Shown piece after piece: positions 43,107 through 52,205 of a stretch of 64,000 nucleotides of DNA; positions within the stretch are counted from its first letter, which is position 1; each line of letters begins with the position of its first letter. The stretch comes from a virus. The position numbers and the translations under genes are program-made. Where the stretch lies: positions 9,916 to 73,915 of the IMG/VR virus record IMGVR_UViG_2919614203_000001; one strand, written 5' to 3'. Under the pieces are notes generated by a model. It had not been told where the DNA came from. It ran no database searches and worked only from the letters and a program-made list of their open reading frames with translations.

Positions 43107-44840
43107 ATGCCGAAGTGGACGACCTCCTGCCCGGACTGGGCGGAGCGTATCGTAGCGGGCGACAGCTTGGTGCCGGTGGCGCCGCTGTTCCCGGACAAGG
43201 CGGCGGACGCGCTGGGCGTGTTCAAGTCGTTGCAGGTCACCGACCTGCCGCAAAAGAAAGACGGAACCTACCCGACGCTGGGCGAGATCTGCGACGAGTT
43301 CGTGTTCGACTTCGTCGCCGCGATCTTCGGGGCGGAGGACCCGCTGAGCGGCGCGCGGCTGATCAACGAGTTCATGCTGTTGATCAGCAAGAAGAACGGC
43401 AAGTCGATGATCGCGGCGGGCATCATGCTTACCGCGCTGATCGTGAACTGGCGGCACCACCAGGAGCTGCTGATCTTGGCGCCGACGATAGAGATCGCGG
43501 GCAACAGTTTCGGCCCCGCATCCGGCATGGTGCGCGCGGATCCGGAATTGTCGGATCTGCTGCACGTGATCGAGCACCAGCGCACGATCCGGCACCGGGT
43601 GACGAAGGCGGAGCTGAAGATCGTCGCGGCCGACAGCGGCGTCGTCGGCGGCAAGAAGGCCGGCTTCGTCCTGGTCGAGGAATTGTGGCTGTTCGGCAAG
43701 AACCCGAAGGCCGAGGCGATGCTGCGCGAAGCGACGGGCGGCCTCGCCACGCGGCAAGAGGGCTTCGTGATCTACATCACGACGCATTCCGACGAGCCGC
43801 CGGCCGGGGTGTTCAAGGCCAAGCTCGCTTATTTCCGCGACGTGCGGGACGGGGTGATCGAGGATCCGGCCAGCATGGGCGTGCTCTACGAATGGCCCGA
43901 GGCGTTGCTGGAGGCCGAGGCGTACCTCGACCCGGCGATGTTCTACGTCACCAACCCGTCGATCGGGCGGTCGGTGACGCAGGACTGGCTGGAGCGGCAG
44001 CTGGCGATGGCGCAGACCGGCGAAGGCGAGAGCCTGCAGGTCTTCCTCGCCAAGCACCTGAATGTCGAGATCGGGCTGCGGCTCCGCCGGGATCGGTGGG
44101 CCGCGGCGGACTTCTGGCTTGAAGCCGCCGATCCGGACCTGACGCTGGAATCGCTGCTCGATCGCTGCGAGGTGGTGGTGGCCGGTATCGACGGCGGCGG
44201 GCGCGACGACCTGTTCGGCGCGGCGGTCGCTGGGCGCGAGAAGGACACCGGCCGGTGGCTGACCTGGGCGCATGCCTGGGCGCTGGAAATCGCGCTGGAG
44301 CGGCGCAAGGATATCGCCCCGGCGCTCCGCGGCTTTGCGGCCGATGGCGATCTGACGATCGTCACGACCGGACAGGAGATCGTCGACCAGGTCGCCCGGC
44401 TGATGAAGCGGATCTTCGACGCGGGGCTGATGCCCGAGGTCGGCGCGGTGGGTGTCGATAGCTGGGGCATGGGCGCACTGGTCGATGCGCTCGTCGCATC
44501 GGGGTTCGAGACATACGACGAGGTTACCAAGCGGGGCGGTTCGATCACCCCGGTGCGGCAGGGCGTGGGCCTGACCGGCACGATCAAGACAGTCGAGTTC
44601 AAGCTGGGCGACGGCATGCTGCTGCATGACGGGTCGGCCCTGATGGCCTGGTGCGTATCGAACGCGCGGGCCGAGTTGAGAGGCAGCAACTTGTACATCA
44701 GCAAGCAACTGGCCGGCGCGGGGAAAATCGACCCGTTGATCGCCATGCTCAATGCCGTGCAGATGCTGGAGGCCGGGCCCGTCGCGGCCAACGACAACGT
44801 GCCGTCGATTTATGAGACGCGCGGGATGATCGTGATCTGA
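43107..44840 (+). CDS. Terminase large subunit
   Basis: Walker A ISKKNGKS, Walker B VLVEELW, NPS.G, nuclease AGIDGG...D and KIDPL.A. Confidence 0.93.
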   Translation: MPKWTTSCPDWAERIVAGDSLVPVAPLFPDKAADALGVFKSLQVTDLPQKKDGTYPTLGEICDEFVFDFVAAIFGAEDPLSGARLINEFMLLISKKNGKSMIAAGIMLTALIVNWRHHQELLILAPTIEIAGNSFGPASGMVRADPELSDLLHVIEHQRTIRHRVTKAELKIVAADSGVVGGKKAGFVLVEELWLFGKNPKAEAMLREATGGLATRQEGFVIYITTHSDEPPAGVFKAKLAYFRDVRDGVIEDPASMGVLYEWPEALLEAEAYLDPAMFYVTNPSIGRSVTQDWLERQLAMAQTGEGESLQVFLAKHLNVEIGLRLRRDRWAAADFWLEAADPDLTLESLLDRCEVVVAGIDGGGRDDLFGAAVAGREKDTGRWLTWAHAWALEIALERRKDIAPALRGFAADGDLTIVTTGQEIVDQVARLMKRIFDAGLMPEVGAVGVDSWGMGALVDALVASGFETYDEVTKRGGSITPVRQGVGLTGTIKTVEFKLGDGMLLHDGSALMAWCVSNARAELRGSNLYISKQLAGAGKIDPLIAMLNAVQMLEAGPVAANDNVPSIYETRGMIVI

Positions 44841-46123
44841 TGGGCTGGCTCGACAGGCTTTTCGGCGCGCCAGCGCCCGATGCGCCGGTGCCGGCCGAGG
44901 GGGCGGGTATCGCGCGTCTGGCGCAGGGTGGCGGGGCGGTACAGGCCTACTCGACCATCAACCTGCGCGACGAACACCTGCCTGACTTTCTCCGAGGCGG
45001 CATGACCAGCAAGGCCGGGCGGACGGTTAGCGAGTATTCCGCGATGCGGAACGCGACGTTCAACCGGGCGGTCAACGTCATCGTCGGCACGATCGGCATG
45101 CTGCCGCTCAACCTGTTTCGCCGGGGCGCGGACAATTCGCGGGAGAAGGCAACCGACCACCCGGTCCATCGTCTTCTGCGGGTTCAGCCGAATCCGGCGC
45201 AGACACCGTACCAGTTCAAGTCGTTCATGCAGGGGCGGGCCCTTCTGTACGGCAACGCCTTCGCCTTTAAGGTGCCGGGCATCCGCGGGCCGCAGGCGCT
45301 GTGGCCTCTCGATCCGCTGCGGGTGACGATCGAGCAGGCCGACGATTTCAGCCTGCAGTATCGGTATCGCCCGAAGACCGGGGGCGAGCGGATCTACAAG
45401 CCGTCGGAGATATTCGACCTGCGGGGCCCGTGGTCGGAAGACGGGTTGCGCGGGCACGGTCTCTTGCGGATGGCCGCCGAAGCCCTTGGCCTGGCCGAAA
45501 TCACCGATGAGGCCGCCGCCCGGCTGTTGCGGAACGGCGCCTATGTCGGCGGCGTCCTGGAGCATCCTAAGCAGCTGTCGGAGGCCGCGATCGAGCGGCT
45601 GAAGCATCAGTTTCAGGATGGCTATGCGGGCGTCGAGAATACCGGCCGCTGGATCGTCGCGGAAGAAGGTCTGACCGCGAAGCCTCTGGGGGCGAGCGGG
45701 AGGGATGCCGAAGGCCTGGCGCAGCGCAAGCACCAAGCCGAGGAGGTGTCGCGGTTTACCGGCGTTCCGCGGCCCCTGCTGATGTTCGACGAGACGAGCT
45801 GGGGCACCGGCATCGAGCAGTTGGGTCTGTCGCTGATCACCTACTGCCTCATGCCGTGGTTCGTCGCGTGGGAGGAGGTCGTCGCGCGATCGCTCCTAAA
45901 GGAGAGCGAACGCGAGACCCTCTACGTCAAATTCAACGAGGGGGCGCTGCTGCGCGGATCGCTGAAGGACCAGGCGGAATTCCTGTCCAAGGCCATCGGC
46001 GGCCCGGGTCAGGGTGGTTGGATGTTGGCCGACGAGGCGCGCGAGCTGATGGACATGAACCCGATGGAGGGCGGGGTCGGCCAGCGGCCGGCCTGGAGCA
46101 ACGAGGTGACCGACAATGCTTGA
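44840..46123 (+). CDS. Portal protein, HK97 family
   Basis: HP..RLL..QPNP.QT, GNA.A, P.RV, F.GVP..L, CL.PW....E, EAR..M...P. Confidence 0.93.
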   Translation: MGWLDRLFGAPAPDAPVPAEGAGIARLAQGGGAVQAYSTINLRDEHLPDFLRGGMTSKAGRTVSEYSAMRNATFNRAVNVIVGTIGMLPLNLFRRGADNSREKATDHPVHRLLRVQPNPAQTPYQFKSFMQGRALLYGNAFAFKVPGIRGPQALWPLDPLRVTIEQADDFSLQYRYRPKTGGERIYKPSEIFDLRGPWSEDGLRGHGLLRMAAEALGLAEITDEAAARLLRNGAYVGGVLEHPKQLSEAAIERLKHQFQDGYAGVENTGRWIVAEEGLTAKPLGASGRDAEGLAQRKHQAEEVSRFTGVPRPLLMFDETSWGTGIEQLGLSLITYCLMPWFVAWEEVVARSLLKESERETLYVKFNEGALLRGSLKDQAEFLSKAIGGPGQGGWMLADEARELMDMNPMEGGVGQRPAWSNEVTDNA

Positions 46124-47000
46124 ACGATTTGGCATCATGGCGATGGCTCGCCCTTCGGCTCTGCCCGTCCCCGCGGATCGCAAGGTGTCCGCCCTGTCGA
46201 ACGGGCAGGTCATGGAGCGCTGGAACGCCGAGGCGGCCGGAGTGCGCGCTCTGGCGGCGGGCGACAACGTGATCACGATGTTCGACGCAATCGGCGAAGA
46301 CTTTTGGTCGGAAGGCATTACGGCCAAGTCCGTGGCTCGGCAGCTGCGCGCGATCGGCGACCGGCCGGTCGAGGTGCAGATCAATTCGCCGGGTGGCGAC
46401 ATGTTCGAGGGTATCGCGATCTACAACGTGCTGCGCGAACATTCGCAGGACGTGACGGTCAAGATCATGGGGATGGCAGCGAGTGCCGCCTCGATCATCG
46501 CGATGGCAGGCGACCGCGTCGAGATCGGCGCTGCCTCCTTTCTGATGATCCATAACTGCTGGGTGCTGTCGATCGGCAACCGGCACGACATGGCGCAGGT
46601 GTCGGAATGGCTTGCGCCGTTCGATGCTGCCATGGCCGAAGTTTATGCGGCGCGTAGCGGGCGGACCGTCGAAGAGTGTGCGGCCTGGATGGACGCCGAA
46701 ACCTACATGAGCGGAAGTGTCGCGATCGAGCGCGGCTTTGCCGACGCCCTTCTGTCCGCCGACCAGATGACGGAAGAGCCGGCGGCGCGGGAAGCCGATC
46801 GCGAGCTCAATGCAACCCGCGCGCTCGAACTGACACTCGTTTCGGCGGGCATGACGCGCAGCGAAGCGCGCGCCCGCATCAAAGACCTGAAGGGCACGCC
46901 AGGCGCTGCCCACCCCGCCACGCCTGGCGCTGGCGCAAGCGACGGCTCCGCTTGGATGAACGGGGCCATGGACTTCCTGGCGACGCTCAACGCGCGCTGA
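46116..47000 (+). CDS. ClpP-like (S14) head maturation protease
   Basis: INSPGGD.FEGIAIYN, G.AASAAS.IAMAGD, FLMIHN, ETYM....A..GFAD. Confidence 0.92.
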   Translation: MLERFGIMAMARPSALPVPADRKVSALSNGQVMERWNAEAAGVRALAAGDNVITMFDAIGEDFWSEGITAKSVARQLRAIGDRPVEVQINSPGGDMFEGIAIYNVLREHSQDVTVKIMGMAASAASIIAMAGDRVEIGAASFLMIHNCWVLSIGNRHDMAQVSEWLAPFDAAMAEVYAARSGRTVEECAAWMDAETYMSGSVAIERGFADALLSADQMTEEPAAREADRELNATRALELTLVSAGMTRSEARARIKDLKGTPGAAHPATPGAGASDGSAWMNGAMDFLATLNAR

Positions 47001-47017
47001 AACCGAGGAAAATCGAC

Positions 47018-48286
47018 ATGACCAAGATGTTTCTTGCCAGCGGGCTGCTGGCGTCCGCTTCGCTCGCTGTCGCTCCGCGCAGCGTTTTTGCCGCCCCGCG
47101 CGCCGAACCCAACGACCCGAAGGCGTTGTTCGAACAGCTCCAGCAGGCCGTCACGGCGATGCGCGAGAAGAACGACCAGGCTCTCGCCTCCAAGGTCGAC
47201 GACACCGTCCTGAACGAGCACGTTGATCGGATCAACGCCACGATCACCACGCTCGAAACTGCGATCGAGGAGGTCATGGCCAAGCAGGCTGCCGATCGCC
47301 TCGGTGGCAAGGACGCGCCGAAGGATCCGGAGTACACCGCCGAGTTCAACGCGTACTTCCGCCGCGGCCAGGCGACCGATCGTCTCGAGACGATCAAAGC
47401 TGCCGCGACCAAGACCGACGGCGAGGGCGGTTACCTGGCGCCGATCGAGTGGGACCGCACGGTCACCGGCCGGCTCAAGCAGGTCTCGGTCATCCGTCAG
47501 CACGCCTCGGTCGTTTCGATCAGCGGCGCGGGTTTCAGCAAGGTCTTCTCGGACCGCAATATCGGTTCGGGCTGGGTCGGCGAAACCGCTGCTCGTCCGG
47601 CGACCACCACCCCGGCGCTTGCCTCGCTGTCGTGGGCGGTCGGCGAGATCTACGCCAACCCCGCCGCTTCGCAGGGCCTGATCGACGATGCCGAATTCAA
47701 CGTCGAACAGTGGCTGGCCGACGAGGTCGAGACCGAATTCGCCAAGCAGGAAGGCATCGCGTTCCTGTCGGGCGACGGCACCAACAAGCCGCATGGCCTG
47801 CTGACCTATGTCACGGGCGCGGCCAATGCCGCTCGCCATCCCTGGGGCGCGATCGAGACGATCAACTCGGGCGATGCCGCGCTGCTCACCGGCGACGGCA
47901 TCCTCTCGCTGATCTACGGTCTGCCCGAGGAATACGAGGCCAATGCCAAGCTGTTCATGAACCGCACCACGGCGGGCGCTGCGCGCAAGCTGAAGGATGG
48001 TCAGGACAACTATCTCTGGCAGCCGTCGTTCGAAGCCGGTCAGCCGGCGACGATCGCCGGGGTCCCGATCGTTCACCTGCCGGCCATGCCGACCGTTGCC
48101 GCCAACGCGATCGCCGCTCTCTACGGTGACATGGCGGAGACCTACCAGGTCGTCGATCGCATCGGCATCCGCGTGCTTCGCGATCCGTACACGAACAAGC
48201 CGTTCGTGCACTTCTACACGACCAAGCGGGTCGGTGGCGGGGTCAAGAACCCCGACGCGATGAAGGCGCTGAAGGTCGCCGCCTGA
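47018..48286 (+). CDS. Major capsid protein, HK97 fold
   Basis: GAGG RBS; coiled-coil delta domain; GGYLAP.E, EG.AF..GDG..KP.G, LK D...Y.W, R.GG. Confidence 0.95.
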   Translation: MTKMFLASGLLASASLAVAPRSVFAAPRAEPNDPKALFEQLQQAVTAMREKNDQALASKVDDTVLNEHVDRINATITTLETAIEEVMAKQAADRLGGKDAPKDPEYTAEFNAYFRRGQATDRLETIKAAATKTDGEGGYLAPIEWDRTVTGRLKQVSVIRQHASVVSISGAGFSKVFSDRNIGSGWVGETAARPATTTPALASLSWAVGEIYANPAASQGLIDDAEFNVEQWLADEVETEFAKQEGIAFLSGDGTNKPHGLLTYVTGAANAARHPWGAIETINSGDAALLTGDGILSLIYGLPEEYEANAKLFMNRTTAGAARKLKDGQDNYLWQPSFEAGQPATIAGVPIVHLPAMPTVAANAIAALYGDMAETYQVVDRIGIRVLRDPYTNKPFVHFYTTKRVGGGVKNPDAMKALKVAA

Positions 48287-48303
48287 TCTCAGCGACGAGG
48301 AAG

Positions 48304-48333
48304 CGGGCCGGGGTCAGACCCCGGCCCGTCTTT
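48304..48333 (+). terminator. Hairpin terminator after capsid gene
   Basis: CGGGCCGGGGT-CAG-ACCCCGGCCCG followed by TCTTT. Confidence 0.6.
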
Positions 48334-48389
48334 CGATGAGCGGCGTGCGCGCCTCTCTTCGAAGGACGGGGACATCGAAAGGAAAGACC

Positions 48390-48683
48390 ATGGTTGCCAA
48401 GAAGAAGAGCGTCGACACCAGCGACGTGAAGCTGAGCGACGTGCCGGGCGTGGCGGATACCGCAGGCCTGAAGGCCGACAACCTGACCCCCGCGACCGAT
48501 GTTGCGGCGTCGGGCGCGATGATCGAACCCGAAATCGTCGAGCGCATCGAGACCAGCCATCCGGCGGTGGACAATGCGCCGCGCGCCCGGCAGCCCGCCG
48601 TGGCCAACCGGATCGATTTCAACGATCCCACCAAGTCCGAGGCCGAAGCGGTCGCGGACAACCTGGCCGCACAGAACGCCTGA
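48390..48683 (+). CDS. Small acidic protein after capsid
   Basis: AAAGGAAAG RBS; 97 aa; NRIDFNDP motif. Confidence 0.6.
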   Translation: MVAKKKSVDTSDVKLSDVPGVADTAGLKADNLTPATDVAASGAMIEPEIVERIETSHPAVDNAPRARQPAVANRIDFNDPTKSEAEAVADNLAAQNA

Positions 48684-48707
48684 CACGACCAACCAGCGGT
48701 AGCAGCG

Positions 48708-49292
48708 ATGATCTTCGAACTTCAGCACGTCCCGATGGCGGACGGCTATGGGGAAGCGTTGCTGCCGCTGGCGGAGTGCAAGGCCTGGTTGTCGATCGGC
48801 GAGGGTGAGACCGAGTTCGACGACCTGATCGCGGTGTTGCGCGATGCGGCGATCGAGTTCGTCGAGCGGTACTGCGAGGTGAAGCTGCTCGAGACGGCGG
48901 GGCAGGTCTGGACCGGGGAAGCGTTTCCCTGCGCTGGGGCTCGGCTTTCGCTAGGGCTGCGGCCGGTCGTGTCGATCGAGGACGTGACCTGGCTGGATGG
49001 CAGCGGCGCGGAGGTGACCGGCACGATCGGCGATTTCCGTCTGCTGCCGGGCGGCGAGGTCGTTGCGGCGATCGGGGGTAGCTGGCCCTCGGATGTGGGC
49101 GGCGGGGTGAGCATCACGTTCACTGCAGGCTATCCGGACGGTGAAGCGCCGAAGTCGCTGCTGACGGCGGCCAAGCGGTTTATGGCGTATCTCTACATGC
49201 ACCGTGAGGCGGTGATCGTGGGCGCGGTTGCGAGCGAAGCGCCTTTGGGCGTGACGGCGCTGTGCGCGCCGTACCGGCGGGTGCGGATATGA
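48708..49292 (+). CDS. Head-tail connector (gp6-like)
   Basis: L.L.E.KAWL.I....D.LI..L..AA...VE; V.I.F.AGY; Y..RE. Confidence 0.85.
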   Translation: MIFELQHVPMADGYGEALLPLAECKAWLSIGEGETEFDDLIAVLRDAAIEFVERYCEVKLLETAGQVWTGEAFPCAGARLSLGLRPVVSIEDVTWLDGSGAEVTGTIGDFRLLPGGEVVAAIGGSWPSDVGGGVSITFTAGYPDGEAPKSLLTAAKRFMAYLYMHREAVIVGAVASEAPLGVTALCAPYRRVRI

Positions 49293-49669
49293 TCCGGGCG
49301 GGCGAGCTCAACCGGAAGATCAGGATCCAGCGTCCTGTCGCCGACGACTCCTTTGACGGCGCTGGTTCGTCGAATTGGGAGGATCTGACCGAAAACGAGG
49401 CGCCGCTGTTCGCGAGCGTGCAAGATTCGCTGCCGAGCCGGGGCGAGAAGCTGGCGGACGGGCTGAACATCGCGACCCGGCCGGCGCGGGTCCGGATCCG
49501 GTGGCGGACTGATGTCGCCGCGAACATGCGGGTGCTGATCGGGGAAACCGTCGACGGCGAATGGCAGACGTACCGGACCGCGCAGATCGTGACGCCGCCG
49601 GCCGAGCTCGGCTTCCGCAAGGGGCTGGAGTTCATGATCGAGGATTACAGCACGGCGGGGAACGGCTGA
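49289..49669 (+). CDS. Head closure / head-tail adaptor
   Basis: M.RAGELNRKI.IQRP; RIRWR.DV...MRV. Confidence 0.85.
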   Translation: MIRAGELNRKIRIQRPVADDSFDGAGSSNWEDLTENEAPLFASVQDSLPSRGEKLADGLNIATRPARVRIRWRTDVAANMRVLIGETVDGEWQTYRTAQIVTPPAELGFRKGLEFMIEDYSTAGNG

Positions 49670-50199
49670 TGCCGACGGTCAAGGGGCGGGCGGAGGTGCG
49701 CGCTTTCATGGCCGCGATACCCGAGGCGCTGGAGACGAAGATCCTTCGCGGGGCTGCTCGAGCAGCTGCCCAGGTTGTCGCTGACGAGGCCAAGGACCGT
49801 GTCGTTTCGTCGGAAGTTCGCGGTGCGATCAAGGTTTCGACCAAGCAGGAGGTTGCGGGTCAGGTTATCGCCCGGATCCAGACGAAAGGACCGGGGGCCT
49901 ATATCGCGCCGTGGCTGGAGTACGGCACGTCGCAGCACTTCATTACGGTCGACGACAGCCAACGCAATGGATTGAGCGTCGGCAGCATTAACCGGAAGGC
50001 GAAGGAAGGCGTGCTGGTCATTAATGGCACGCCGGTCGGCAAGACGGTGCTGCATCCGGGCGCCCGGCCGCATCCATTCATGCGCGTCTCGCTCGATCTG
50101 AAAGCCGGCGAGGCGATCGCTGCGGCGCAGGAGTACATCAACGCCCGACTGGCGCGCGAAGGCCTCGGCGGGGCCGAAGTGTCGGAGGGCGACGAATGA
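49669..50199 (+). CDS. HK97 gp10-like tail completion protein
   Basis: LRGAARAAA.V..DEAK; LEYGT; HPG.RP.PFMR. Confidence 0.82.
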   Translation: MPTVKGRAEVRAFMAAIPEALETKILRGAARAAAQVVADEAKDRVVSSEVRGAIKVSTKQEVAGQVIARIQTKGPGAYIAPWLEYGTSQHFITVDDSQRNGLSVGSINRKAKEGVLVINGTPVGKTVLHPGARPHPFMRVSLDLKAGEAIAAAQEYINARLAREGLGGAEVSEGDE

Positions 50200-50597
50200 G
50201 CGGCACGAAGATCATCGGGGACCTGCTGATCGCGGATGCCGCGGTTTTGGCCGAGGTGCCGGCGGCGCGGATCAAGGCCGGGCAGCTGCCCGACGCGATC
50301 GCGTTGCCCGCTCTGCTGGTCCGGAAGATCAGCGGCGTCGAGAGGGTGCATCTGCAGCGGGTCGGGTCGGTCCGGATGACGGAGCGCGTCGAGGTCACCG
50401 TCCGCGCGGGAAGCTACCGCGAGCAGGAAGTGATCATCAAGCTGGTGCGCAATGCCTGCGCCGGGGTGACCGGCACGAAGTCAGGGTTCGACGGCGTCTA
50501 CGTCGAAAATGCCGGGACGGGCCCCGACCTGATCGGTCCCGGCAATACATTCGAACAATCACAGGATTTCAAGGTCGGCTTCAACGAGCCGGTCTGA
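50196..50597 (+). CDS. Tail terminator (DUF3168-like)
   Basis: RI.AG.LP....LP, R.EV.V.A.SY; position before tail tube. Confidence 0.75.
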   Translation: MSGTKIIGDLLIADAAVLAEVPAARIKAGQLPDAIALPALLVRKISGVERVHLQRVGSVRMTERVEVTVRAGSYREQEVIIKLVRNACAGVTGTKSGFDGVYVENAGTGPDLIGPGNTFEQSQDFKVGFNEPV

Positions 50598-50608
50598 GTG
50601 CGAGGAGA

Positions 50609-50779
50609 ATGACGATGGCAAAGACGATCAAGGCAGTTCCGGTCAAGGATTTCAAGGATGCCGGAACGAAGAAGAGCTTCAAGGCCGGAGTCGAGGCCGA
50701 CTTCACCGAAGGCGAGCACGCCAATTTCATGGCGGCCGGCCTCCTGAAGAAGCCCGAGGCGGACAAGAAGCCCGCCTGA
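50609..50779 (+). CDS. Small basic protein (56 aa; not in ORF track)
   Basis: GAGGAG RBS; MTMAKTIKAVPVKDFKDAGTKKSF...AAGLL. Confidence 0.6.
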   Translation: MTMAKTIKAVPVKDFKDAGTKKSFKAGVEADFTEGEHANFMAAGLLKKPEADKKPA

Positions 50780-50844
50780 CCGAATTGCCCGACCGCGCGG
50801 GTGTAAATGCCGGGTGATCCGGCTCGCCACCAAGGAGAAAACCA

Positions 50845-51294
50845 ATGGGCGTTAATACTGCGGCGGGCTCGAAACTCGCCATTTCGGCCGCCAACCCGGC
50901 CACCGAAGACGCGGCCGGTTATGCCGCGCTGACCTATACCGAGGTCGCTTATGTCAGCAATCTCGGCGATCTCGGCTCGTCCTACGAGATGGTCGAGTTC
51001 CAGCCTCTCGACGGTCCGAAGCTCAAGCTGAAGGGTCCGCGGGATGAGGGCTCGCTCAATCCGTCGATCGCGCTGGACGATGACGATGCCGGCCAGGCGC
51101 TGCTGCGCACTGCGTCGGAAGACGGCACGAATGCCTTCTATTCGTTCAAGATCACCCGCCCCGATGGCGCAGTCCGCTATTTCCAGGGCCCTGTCTTCGG
51201 GATGCCGGAAAGCATCGGCTCGGCCAGCGATGTCATCACCGCGTCGCCGACGATCGAGGCGTGTACCGAAGTCATCCGCGTCAACGCCCCCTGA
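50845..51294 (+). CDS. Major tail (tube) protein
   Basis: AAGGAG RBS; T.AGS.L.ISA..PAT, LG..G, K.KG..D.G, D..GQ..L. Confidence 0.8.
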   Translation: MGVNTAAGSKLAISAANPATEDAAGYAALTYTEVAYVSNLGDLGSSYEMVEFQPLDGPKLKLKGPRDEGSLNPSIALDDDDAGQALLRTASEDGTNAFYSFKITRPDGAVRYFQGPVFGMPESIGSASDVITASPTIEACTEVIRVNAP

Positions 51295-51326
51295 CACTTT
51301 TCCCGGCGGCCGCGCGCCGGACCCTA

Positions 51327-51375
51327 TGCACTGACCCTCTCCGACCATCGCGGTTGGCGGGGATGGGTCAGTGCA
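51327..51375 (+). promoter_or_regulatory. Long hairpin between tail tube and chaperone genes
   Basis: TGCACTGACCC...GGGTCAGTGCA outer stem, CCGACC/GGTTGG inner stem. Confidence 0.4.
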
Positions 51376-51397
51376 CCTTACCGCGAAAGGCAAATCC

Positions 51398-51820
51398 ATG
51401 TTCGACATCACGACGCAGTTTCCTGCGGACACCGCCGCGATCCATCTCAAGGGACTGGACGGCGAATACCTTTACGACGACAAGGGCAACCCCGTTCGCA
51501 TCGTCGTCTACGGGCCGGGTTCGAAACAGTTTTCGGTGATCCAGGCGCGGCAGACCAGTCGCGCCGTGAAGCGCATGCAGGATAACGACGGGAAGCTCCC
51601 ACAAGTACCGCCCGAGCAGCGCGCCAAGGAAGATGCCGAGGACCTCGCCGCCATCACCGTCGCGTTCGAGAATTTCGATTTCCCGCCCGCGAAGGGCAAG
51701 CCGGATCTCGAGAAGTTCGAGGCGTTCTACGCACACCCGAAATCGGTGCACTTCCGTGACCAGGTCACCAAGGCGGTGAAGACCGAGGGAAACTTCAAGG
51801 CCGCCTCCGCAAAGGACTGA
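51398..51820 (+). CDS. Tail assembly chaperone (G-like)
   Basis: Position between tube and tape measure; I.VYGPGSK; in-phase G GGA AAC near 3' end. Confidence 0.75.
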   Translation: MFDITTQFPADTAAIHLKGLDGEYLYDDKGNPVRIVVYGPGSKQFSVIQARQTSRAVKRMQDNDGKLPQVPPEQRAKEDAEDLAAITVAFENFDFPPAKGKPDLEKFEAFYAHPKSVHFRDQVTKAVKTEGNFKAASAKD

Positions 51821-52194
51821 CGCTTTACGCGCGGCATCTGGGATGGCTCAACGCCGTCCCAAAGCCGCGCGAGGGGAGCAAGCGGTCCGAACACGACGGG
51901 CGGCGCAGAATAGAGCGGTTCAGGGACGACGGGATTGTCGCGGCGATGCCGCCCAACCCGGCGCCGCACGTCATCAAATGGCTGGTCGAGATCGGCCTGA
52001 CCGAAGAGAACGGGATGGGCGAAAGCCCCCTGAGCTGGCGTGAAATCAACGAATGGCAGGCAGCGACCGGTGTGTCGCTGTCGGCGTTCGAAGCCACGCT
52101 GATCCGCGAACTTTCCGTCGCGTATCTCTCGCAGAAGCGAAAATCCGACAGCGAAAACAGCCCGCCACCGTGGGCTGAGAAGATCGACCGATAA
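51787..52194 (+). CDS. Chaperone -1 frameshift extension (T-like)
   Basis: -1 frame from the slippery site is stop-free to 52194: LTLYARHLGWLNAVPKP...L.W.EI..WQ...GV.L..FE..LIR.LS. Confidence 0.75.
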   Translation, partial: GKLQGRLRKGLTLYARHLGWLNAVPKPREGSKRSEHDGRRRIERFRDDGIVAAMPPNPAPHVIKWLVEIGLTEENGMGESPLSWREINEWQAATGVSLSAFEATLIRELSVAYLSQKRKSDSENSPPPWAEKIDR

Positions 52195-52205
52195 AGGACA
52201 CGCAC

